NCBI RefSeq assembly: GCF_000143415.4
Contig: NW_003314271.1
Span: forward strand, 1,656,806-1,720,805
Direction: 5' to 3'
DNA length: 64,000 nucleotides
Origin: Selaginella moellendorffii
Lineage: Eukaryota; Plantae; Lycopodiophyta
How positions within the stretch are numbered: the stretch's first letter is position 1; the number at the start of each line of letters is the position of its first letter. The translations under genes and the position numbers were made by a program. Shown piece by piece: positions 1-9,199 of this stretch. A model generated the notes under the pieces. It worked only from the letters and a program-made list of their open reading frames with translations, had not been told where the DNA came from and did not search any database.

Positions 1-1059
1 CAGGTGAGACGTGGCAAGAAGGAGAGCAAATCACATTAGCAAATGGTGCACACCATCACCTTTTCAATAATGAAAGCAAAGAATAGAGGCACAAAGCATG
101 AATGGAGTCTCAAGATCATCCTATTGATTGTCTCAGCAGACTCATTAATATAGAGTTAATCATTAATCTCAACTCATGGAGAACATTTTGAATTGTAAAA
201 TGTTTGTGAGGCTTAAAGTTCTATCATTTTCAAAGGCCTAATTGTTACATTCTAAATGACTGCTCACTTGCACTTTGATGCTCCCCCTCTCTTTGGCTTC
301 CAAGATTAAAAGGTGTGAGAGCTGTCTAGTTCTTGCTCATTTTATTACACAGTTCTCTTGTAACTCACTCTTTAAAGTTTAGTTTGGCTTTGAGGTCCTT
401 TTCAAGTTTATTTCTAATGGAGCATTCAAAATTTGGAATGTTTCTTTCTAACATGCAGTGTGATAATGTTCTCACAACTCCATAGTGAAACCTTTGTGAT
501 ATTAAATATATTTAATAATTTAAACTCCCTTTACCCAAAGTTAACTTTAAACCCACTCAACCCCATTTCCTCCCTTTAACTTCTAAAATAGTGAAATATT
601 TTATATTTTCACTTATCAAGTAGAAATGCCAAAGAAGTGTAGCAAGGTGTATAAGGAGCTCCATCTTTTCCAAAACTACCTATTGTTTGAGTCCTCATCC
701 TCTTAGTAGAGTGGCCTTTAGTTTCGACTTGAAGACACATCTAAAAGAACAATACCTAACTTGTACAAAGTGCAATTATGGTGGGTGGGGCAAGTTTAAC
801 TACTTCAACAATGATAAGATTGGTCAATAAGGTATTTTTGCAGTTAGTGCAATAAAAATTTCACCTATGGTGGACCCATCTATATGAAGTGGGTATGATT
901 AAGCAACACTCAAGAACTCGACATGGCTCATTAGAATAAGAAGCTTAAATGCACTTTAATTCAAGATGAGACTAGAAAGGGTTTGCCAGTCAACAATAAT
1001 TAAGTGAGAGTTGTTGACCAAAATCAAAGTAGTCAATGATTTGGGGATGGTTCAAAGTT

Positions 1060-1086
1060 GAGTGAGCTCACGAGTTGAGCTCAATT
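1060..1086 (+). repeat. Left inverted-repeat core (candidate TIR/subterminal repeat)
   Basis: gagtgagctcacgagttgagctcaatt matches the reverse complement of 14244-14271 (gagttgagttcacgagttgagctcaatt) with 1 mismatch and 1 indel. Confidence 0.65.
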
Positions 1087-1971
1087 CAGCTCAAGTTAAT
1101 GCTAGTCAACATAGTCAACTATAAGTCTTATAAGGAAATATTAAGTCAGAAAAATGTTATTCTTTGGTGAACTTGAAATTTATAAATTTAAGTATCAATG
1201 GTTCAAAGAGATTTCTATTTTTTGAATCTTTCTAATGCAGTTTATACAATTTTTAGAATTAGAAGTTTGTTTAAACCCATAAAAATTTTTGGGCTTTATT
1301 GGTCCTAAATAAAATGGGAATATTGAAGTTCGAATGAACCTAAAATTTCTATTGTACATTTCAACAATTAACCAGAAATATATAAATAATTTGAAACACT
1401 GATTCATTCATTCATTCTTTAAGGTTTATAGAGATGGGAAGTAAGGAAGACAAAAAATCTGTAAGTAGTTCTAGCATACAAAAATGTGAGAATGTTAATT
1501 TTATTTCACTACCACAATTTCTATATTACACGCCTGGTCATTATTACCTATCCGGGAATGTAGAGACCACTGTCACTATTGATAAAAATGCTCCTATTAC
1601 TTCCGAAACAATAATCTAGAGCAAAAGAAACGAAGAAATGGACAGCACAGCGGAAAGCACTAATAAATCCACTTTATAAACTTTTCAATGGCTTTTGTAA
1701 TCCACTAAAATATTATAAAAAAAGTAAGTTTTTTATATATATCTTATTCCTTTCGATATGTTTTGCCTTTGCAAAGATATATGATGTGGACAAATCAAAG
1801 AATTAAATCTATTTATGATTTTGGGATTGAAAGGTAATCTTGCAAAAAGGCATACTCAGTGCCTGTGTGTATTCACCATTATTATATATGGCAGGCCAAT
1901 TATATAAAATAAGGCTACATATTAATTATATGCTAGTTTCTAGCTTCTAAAACCCTTAGTTGAGAAATTGT

Positions 1972-3512
1972 ATGTTACCTAAAAGCCGCTCGACACATGA
2001 AGTAAGGTTGGTGTTTATATTCTATTATAGGTATCTCCAATATAGAGGCGTTCCTCTCGAAACACCGGTATGCACACAACTCCTGAGGCACGGTGTGAGA
2101 GATGGAGGCATGTACTTGACAACAATGAAGTTTCCAACAACAATAAAGCGAACTTGTCCTTGGGAATTGGAGATGCTAGATTATACACCAACCCACCGAG
2201 AGGCTGCAAGAGGCAACAATGAGGATGTGCTGGATGACAAAGATGATGGCCATGAGAATGTCGACACTGTTAGTGCCAATAGCGAGGAGAGTGAAGATGG
2301 CGGTGAGAACAACTTGCAAGAAATTCCTCTAGACAAAGTCTAGCAAGAGAACCAGAAAGTCAAAGAAGTTCTACCTCGACAAAAGCGTGCAAATCCACAT
2401 CTGGAGGAATTAGTCAATAGTGATGATGATCGTCCAAGACGTCTCCGTAACCGAGGAACTTCTCGAGGTATATTTCTTTTAATTCTCTCCTTTTCTTAGT
2501 TCCTCAAAATGGTTGCAGCAAAAACTGTCAAGAGTAACTTCATTCCAACTCGTCTTGATGCTTGAGAAGAGGACCTGGAGGAGCTTACATCTACCATATG
2601 CCATATGACGGTATGTAAATTTTTCTTAAGCTCACATCTTATCTTTGTCTTCTCCCCCTAGATTCGTCCTGTTTTCTCCAATGGCATTCCGTGGTGAAGT
2701 TGGGATCTTTATTGGCTCCTATAGTTCATTGAAGGCATCTTTTGAGGAGGATGCTGAGAATATGGCTATCCGGCAAAAGTGGGAGCGCTTTTGTTAGAAG
2801 ATCCATAGGCAACCACTTAAGAGCACAAACTTCATGCTCTTTGACATGCCAGATGGTCTTCTAGACGCTAATGGTGATGTCCCAAGCTGGAACAACCTGA
2901 CTAAAGACCACTTGAAAGATGCATTCCTTTTGGCAACAATTTTCCTTCACACAACTGGTCAAGTTGCCTTCATTCTCCCGAATGACCCCTATTGGATGTC
3001 CTGCCTTATGAGGTATGCAAGTCGAGTCAACTTCAAGAGGTTCTCTTTCGGGTGCATCATGAATAGTGTTGGGGTCGTCCTAGGCATGCCAGAGAAGGTA
3101 AGAAATCATCTTCTGTTTTGGTTGTCTCTAAAGTTTTATTATTTAGGTTATGATGTGGACCTACCATGTGTTCTGCAAAAGAGAAAATGACGGTTTTCGT
3201 GATAGCACGCATGCTACAAGGGTTTTACCAGGGTATGATAGCTTTACTGACATCATACCAAATCTCATAGACGACGACATTTGCAACACATTGTCTGGGT
3301 ATCGGTTCCGATCTCCATCGGCGATGCATGTCCTACTTAAGCTTTATTGCCCAACTAGGGGTGTTGTCATCGATTGCACAGCAGGTAGTGGTTTGATGGT
3401 TGAAGCAGCACGTGACTCTGGTAGATCGGTGTTTGCGATTAAAGAATATGAGTTCTTCAAATGCCATCTTAGAGGTTTTTATCCTTCTCTATCAGTTGCT
3501 TCTAGGAGGTAA
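1972..3512 (+). pseudogene. Beta-class amino-DNA methyltransferase (N6_N4_Mtase-like), spliced; acidic/basic low-complexity N-terminus; upstream exons carry stops
   Basis: Removing intron 3098-3146 (GTAAGA..TTTAG, phase 0) joins ORF 2834 to ORF 3150. The product has FDMPDGL..VPSWN (motif IV position), RSPSAMHVLLKLYC (motif X), VVIDCTAGSG (motif I, SAM-binding) and AARDSGRSVFAIKE (motif II), in beta-class order. In-frame TGA/TAG stops occur in exon 2662-2800. The 5' exons are approximate. Confidence 0.75.
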
Positions 3513-3945
3513 TTTATGATTTTTTAAAAACTTATAAATAATATATATTTAGTTTTCTAGAAGTCTTCCTAGGTATGCATGGCACATCACATGCAATGTG
3601 TAAATTGAGGAGTGGTATGAAAAATCTATTTATTAATGATACATTAAAAGACAATTGAATGCATCCACTTGCAATGAGAAAGATGTGTCACATGTCAATG
3701 TGATAATGATTGTGACACTAATAGTGTTAGTGCAGCAGATAGCGATAGTGATAGTGTCAGTGACAGAGACAGTGTCAATGTCAGAGATGACAAAGTTATA
3801 GTGTCAGTCTGTCAAATTTTATAATTACTAGTATTATCAGTTTCTTATCTATAGGTAATACAATTTTGTTAATAAAAGGCGAGAGAGGGGGGGGGGGGGC
3901 GGATGGATAATATCATAGTGTAAGAATTATTAGTGGTTGGAATTT

Positions 3946-4494
3946 TCAGTAGGATGGCCTAAAAATACCATATTCAGCACTTGTGGATGTAGGATTTACT
4001 AATGGAATATTGTTCCTCACCATGAAATGATAATGATTGTGTGTTCTTAACTCTTTCTTGATTTTTTTATATATCCATTTATGCACACCTTCCACACTAA
4101 TTCTTGGGCAGTTGTGACAGTGTTCTAGAAAAGTTTCTAGACCCATATAGCCTTTCGTTTTATCTAAATAAAAGTAGCAGATGGAACACTGAAGATAATA
4201 TGTGTTCATTCTTTCAAAAGTTTCAGCCATATTGGGAGCAAGATCTTGAAGAAACATTTGGCATCGCTCTTGAAGCATATGAGGCAATCCATTTTTAGTA
4301 GCAACATCTAGAACAATATTTGGAAGAGGGATCTCTTGTTCAGTCACACTTGGGGTTACAAAAGAAAAAGCCTCACAACCATTGTTGTGTGAAGGGAAGG
4401 GTGGAATGTTGGTAGAAGTTGGAGACCAAGGTGAAGACTTATATGAAATGCATGGGGGCTAAGTGTGAGTAGCAATAGCATTTTCCCTAGCCAT
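3946..4494 (-). pseudogene. Small putative Zn-finger protein, copy A (CxxC...HCxxC)
   Basis: ORF 3946-4347 contains YYLQCSIC...FLEHCHNCPR. The 5' part up to ATG 4494 is disrupted. Clear paralog of 4812-5309. Confidence 0.5.
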
Positions 4495-4811
4495 TTCTAC
4501 ACTCTAAACAAATTGAAATTTCAATATTGAAAGCATCCCTTGTCGGTATTTATACTAAGAAAAGATCCAGGGGTTCTTGAAAGTTTAAATTGTCAGTCTC
4601 AAAAATGGAACTTCATAATTATAACAGTGTTAGAACCACTTGTGTATATAATAATATCTTTATACATGCTAGAATAATATCATTCTCAAAAATATAAGAT
4701 TCTCCACTTTACTCATAATGAATTAAACTTTTGAAAAAACTATGCATGACTTTCACATTACATTAAAGAGTGGCCTAAATATCCTATATTCAGCACTTAC
4801 TGATGCAATGT

Positions 4812-5309
4812 TCACCAATGGAATATTGTTCTCCACCATGAATAAAAATTGTATGTTTTTAATTCTTTCTTGATTTTCTTATACATCCACACGTGCACAC
4901 CTTCCAAACCCGCTCTTGGGCATTTGCGACAATGCTCAATAAAATTTACCAAACCCATGGAACCATCTGTCTTGTTTAAATAAAAGTTGTATATAGGACA
5001 TTGAAGATAATATGTATCTACATTAAGCTTCCCTGCCATATTTGGAGCAAGATCTTGAAGAAAATATTGACATCGCTTTTGAAGCATTGAAGGCAATTCA
5101 ACTCTTTTAACAACATCATAAGGAAGGAGTTCTTGTTCAGTTGCACTCGAGGTTGCAAATGGAAGAACCTCACAATAACCCTCAAAATGAAAAGGAGTGT
5201 GTAGAAGTGAAGGTGGATTATTTGTTGAGATTGGAGATGGAGGTGGAGACTCATATGAGAGGCCTTTGAGACCAAAAGTAAACTTCTTCCTAACCATTGC
5301 AACATACAA
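4812..5309 (-). CDS. Small putative Zn-finger protein, copy B (tandem paralog; C-terminus probably frameshifted)
   Basis: Shares LP.MLQ.RCQ.FLQDLAPNMA...TYYLQC.I..FYL.KT.G.MGL..F.EHC..CPR...EGVH.W.YKKIKKEL.T with copy A. The second Cys reads Tyr here (TGT>TAT-type change). Confidence 0.5.
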   Translation of the reverse strand: MYVAMVRKKFTFGLKGLSYESPPPSPISTNNPPSLLHTPFHFEGYCEVLPFATSSATEQELLPYDVVKRVELPSMLQKRCQYFLQDLAPNMAGKLNVDTYYLQCPIYNFYLNKTDGSMGLVNFIEHCRKCPRAGLEGVHVWMYKKIKKELKTYNFYSWWRTIFHW

Positions 5310-7029
5310 GAAGAATTAAACTTCCCAGCAATAAGAATTCTCTGATTAATATACTATACTTCAATCTTGGGAATGATATTTTATTATGACATGACACTAT
5401 ATTGAATGATAATTGTGAGTCTTAGTAATTACAACCTACTATAAGAGACAAGTGGCTAAGTTGTTTATCAAATGGAGTCGTGCATGTGGCCTTCTTTTGC
5501 AGCTAGTCCTCTCCGAGTTTTGTAAGCTCAGTGGTGATGAAGTCCTTGAATGGAAGTTGCTCAGGATCATCCCCTATGAAAGGTGCTAGAAACATCTCCC
5601 CTTCATATATAGTTTGTGAAATGTAGACAGTCCTCCTCATCACAGTCTCCATCATATTGTCCAAACCTTTTTCTCCTTCCCTGAGTTTGCTATTGAGGTC
5701 GTTTAGAATATGTATTTGTTCCTCATATATAAGCTGACTTTGAGATGTTGTAAATAATCTCATTTGGAGTCTTGCCCACTAAGAAATAACTTTTGTTAGT
5801 AACCTTTATGTAAACACAAACAATACTTACTTTTATGACAAGCAATCTCTATTATAATATCAAACCACTCCTTTAGGCGTCGAGGGTCAGCCACACTAAG
5901 TAATTTCTTTACTTTTGTCTTCTTTGTGTTGTTGATTTTCTTGTCAATTGCAGCTAAATGCTTCAAGAGTTCTTGATCATTTTTAGCTCGATGCGATTGT
6001 GCATATACATCTTGCTTAACCTTCACCAATGGCTGAAGACAACACAAACATTCTATGATAAGAAGTATACTTGGAAGAACATACCTTACTCCACATAGCT
6101 GTCATAAAAGCCATTGGATTCTTGTACCATCTATTGGCATCTTGACGACCTCATTGATGCCGAATAAGTGATGCTAAATCATCACTATAGTGGCTGCGGA
6201 CTGCATCCTCGTTGAGATTGGCAAGAAACCGGATCTGCTCGATATCATGTACTAGGCTTTATTTCTACACTGCAAACTGTCCCAATCTGTAAAACACAAA
6301 TTCTTAAAAGTGATTGAGGTACTTACGCATTAATTTTGTGGCAAGCTATCACAAGCCTTGCCACATCTAGAGATCCTCTTGCGTGTACATGTCCAATCGG
6401 AACATTGATATGATAGACAGGATCATCTTGGAAGCATTTATTGATACACTTCATCCAGGCACACCAGCGATGATTCCCGTCGATAATGTAGAACATTTTC
6501 CCCACAAATTATTGAGTCTCAAGATGGCTCATAAGCATGTTGTCAAATTTGCAGGACTTCATTTTCCAAATGTCATCCCAAACCCTCTCGATTTCCGGTG
6601 ACACCAAGAGGGTATTTGTCATTCCTGGCTTGAAGACTGAAACAAGGACATACCTATGTTTGTCCCAAGGCCATTCTGTTTGTACAGACTATAGATGTCC
6701 ATGTTGACAAAGTGCAGTGAAGTAGACTGAACGATGCTTGTCTAAGTGAATCGACATGGTAGGATTTCTCGGATCATGTCTCTTGGGCCTTCCCACTTGA
6801 GAGACTCCAGAGTTGTGTGAATGGCCTTCTCTTTAGTTCTCAAAACTGTCTCTTGGAAGCATTTGTCGACAATGTGTTCAGGTAGCTCCACTTCTTTTTC
6901 AGCTTCAACTACACCTCCAGTAGCACCATTATCAAATCTAGCCCCTGGCTCGGGCCCAACACCCTCGTCAAGCGCACTTGGGCACTGCTCCGTAATGTAG
7001 TTAGTTTTTGCCATATTTTGTGAATATGT

Positions 7030-7260
7030 TAAAAGTAGTGGCATTTGTGGTTGTGGATGCAATGGTAGTGACGCTGCTGGTGGTGATGATGGTGGCAGTG
7101 GTGGTGGTAATAATGGTGATAATGGCGGTGGTGGTAATGGTGGTGATGATAGTGGTGGTAATGGTGGTGATGAAGGTAGAGATGGCAATGGTGGTGAAGG
7201 TGGTGGCGGTGGTAATGGTTGTGAAGGTGGTGGCAGTGGTAATGGTGGTGGTGGCAAAAA
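7030..7260 (-). repeat. Degenerate trinucleotide (CCA/CCT) repeat encoding a poly-proline tract of the ParB-like protein
   Basis: GGT/GGC-rich triplets on the + strand; PPPPLPLPPPS... in ORF 6742-7443. Confidence 0.85.
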
Positions 7261-7467
7261 TGGGGGTGCATGTGGACTGGAGATATCTGGTTGTGAAGAC
7301 GGCATAGTTGTCGTTGTGAAAATCTCTATTTGAATGTCAATTTGATTGTCATCCTGAATCTCATCTTCCTCATGTCTTCTCTTTGATCCAACATCCTTCT
7401 CTTTTTGTAGTTGCTTCCGTTTTTGAAAATAAAAAAAACTCATTATAAATTAAAAATGCATAAGAAG

Positions 7468-8322
7468 CGGGGACTTTGGGGCGTAGACTCAGCGGTGCAA
7501 ACTGGCCCACCCCCAATCCCCTTGGCTGGCCCGTGCCAAGTGCCCGGCTCGGGCACTTGGACTTGGCAGATGGGGGAGGGCCGGTTCGCTGGTGAACCAG
7601 CCTGCCCCCAAGTGCGTTGGCCAGCCCGCGCCAAGTGCCTTGCCTGGGCACTTGGACTTGGCGCTTTGGGGAGGGCCTGTTCGCTGGCAAACCGGCCCGC
7701 CCCCAAGTGCGTTGGCCAGCCCGCCCCCAAGTGCCTTGGCCGGCCCACCCCCAAGCGCCTTTGCCGACCCTGCGCCGAGTGCCTGCCCCCAATTGCATTT
7801 GCCAGCTCGCACCAAATGCCTAGCACAGGCATTTGGCACGGGCATTTGGCCCAACCCCAAGTGCCTTGGCTGGCCCGCCCCCAAGCACCTTTGCCAGCCC
7901 TGTGCCGAGTGCCTGGCCCGAACACTTGGCACGGGCGCCGATTCACTGGCGTACCGATGGCCTGCCCGGGCAGAGTGCCCAGCCAAATGCCTGGCCCAGG
8001 CACTTGGTAGTGGCGGCGCTGGGCACGGTGGCGGCAGCATTGGGCACAGGGGCGGCAGCACTGGGCACGGCAACGGTGGCACTGGTCACGGCAATGATGG
8101 TGCGGGGCAGCAGCGGCGCTGGGCACTGCAGCATCGGTGCTGCGTAGCGGCAGCCCTAGGCAGTGGCGGGGCTGGGCTTGGTGTGGCGTGGGCATGGCGG
8201 CGTGGGCGCTGCAGCACTGGGCGTGGCGTGGGTGCAGCGGCGCTGGGCACAGCGTGGGCACGGCAGCATTGGGTATGGCGTGGGAGTGGAGGAGAGGGAG
8301 TGGAGGAGAGGGAGTGGAGGAG
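7468..8322. repeat. GC-rich minisatellite/palindrome array inside intron 1 of the ParB-like gene
   Basis: Many CCAAGTGC/GCACTTGG motifs in both orientations, with a perfect 11-bp stem at 7536-7560. These are followed by GGCGGCGCTGGGCAC-type units (about 8010-8280) and (GGAGTGGAGGAGAG)x3 at 8283-8322. Confidence 0.85.
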
Positions 8323-8401
8323 TAAAAAACTTACTCTTGGCAACATTCTGTTCGACGTTGATGGATCCTGCAGTCACTCCCAACCTCCTACTCTAGTTTC
8401 T

Positions 8402-8442
8402 GTAAAACCCTAATACCGGTGGCTGCCCTAACCCTAACCTAA
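8402..8442. promoter_or_regulatory. Telo-box-like (AAACCCTAA/CCCTAA) cluster in the short divergent spacer between the ParB-like gene and the transposase-side transcript
   Basis: aaaaccctaa...gccctaaccctaacctaa lies between ATG 8346 (-) and a candidate ATG at 8464 (+). Confidence 0.4.
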
Positions 8443-9199
8443 CTTTTATCACAGCCGTTCATCATGGATGCAGTAAATCTTCATTACATTCTGCAAATAT
8501 TTGCTAGCAATGTACAATTTCTATTCCATCCTAGATTTGATCATGTGACAAAATCCTTTTGAGTTGTAATTTAATAATGGAGGTGTGCTCTAATATGACT
8601 ATGCCATAATGTGGAAATAATGTCATAGACGCATGTGTTGAATTGATCACAGTATGAAATTATAAATGAGAATTATGTGTTTCTTGCAGGTAATAGCATC
8701 TTGTCAGAAAATATAAGATTATTAAATCGTAAGGTGTTATTTCCAAAGCAATGTATATAGATAATTTACTATAGGTGATAGATGGTAGTACAAAGATGGA
8801 ATATATTTAAATGAGTTCAGAAGAATGTGATGATTTCTGGCTTTAATGAAATATTGAAAATATGTACAATATTTAATTTTTTTGGCAACAGTTGGTTGAT
8901 GGTAGATCCTAGAATAAAATTATTCCTATCTTTCATATTATGGCACATGCTTGAAGTGATATTTCTTTCCGTTCTACCAAAAGTTAGTCCATATAATAAA
9001 TTTGAGCATGTTTTTGAATTCAATATATACAGACTTTTAATATTGTACAACATAGTCCTATATACTTTATATAGAATTTATTATAACAACATTATTCAAT
9101 GTTAGATCCTAGAATAAAATTGCCCTTTCTTTTCACATAATGGCATAGCACATGTTTGAGGTGACATTTCTTTATAAAAGTTCAAAGTTCCAAAACCTA

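Larger units (their letters stand above)
5430..8346 (-). pseudogene. ParB/Sulfiredoxin-like domain protein with basic N-terminus and poly-Pro tract, multi-exon, disrupted
   Basis: Exon 1 (8335-8346, MLPR, GTAAGT donor) joins exon 2 from 7422 in frame (KRKQLQKEK; acceptor reads CAA instead of CAG). Exon 2 continues through a stop and a frameshift to ..WDDIWKMKSCKFDNML..GKMFYIIDGNHRWCAW; the DGxHR motif is the ParB/Srx signature. Further exons lie at about 6286-6086, 6047-5830 and 5780-5430, with CAA/CAG/CGA-derived stops. Confidence 0.7.

Noticed and set aside
1030-1060. Exact terminus and TSD of the large transposon (ggggatggttc resembles a hAT-type end)
   Set aside because: No matching right-hand terminus or duplicated target site was found by eye, so the boundaries are left approximate.
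7008-7307. His-rich and Val/Met-rich ORFs
   Set aside because: They are alternative frames of the poly-Pro trinucleotide tract.
7468-8322. Possible CRISPR-like array
   Set aside because: There are no constant-length repeats separated by unique spacers, the context is eukaryotic, and there are no cas genes.
7370-8413. Many overlapping 100-270 aa ORFs on both strands
   Set aside because: They are by-products of a GC-rich repeat with few stop codons. The region fits as intron 1 of the ParB-like gene.
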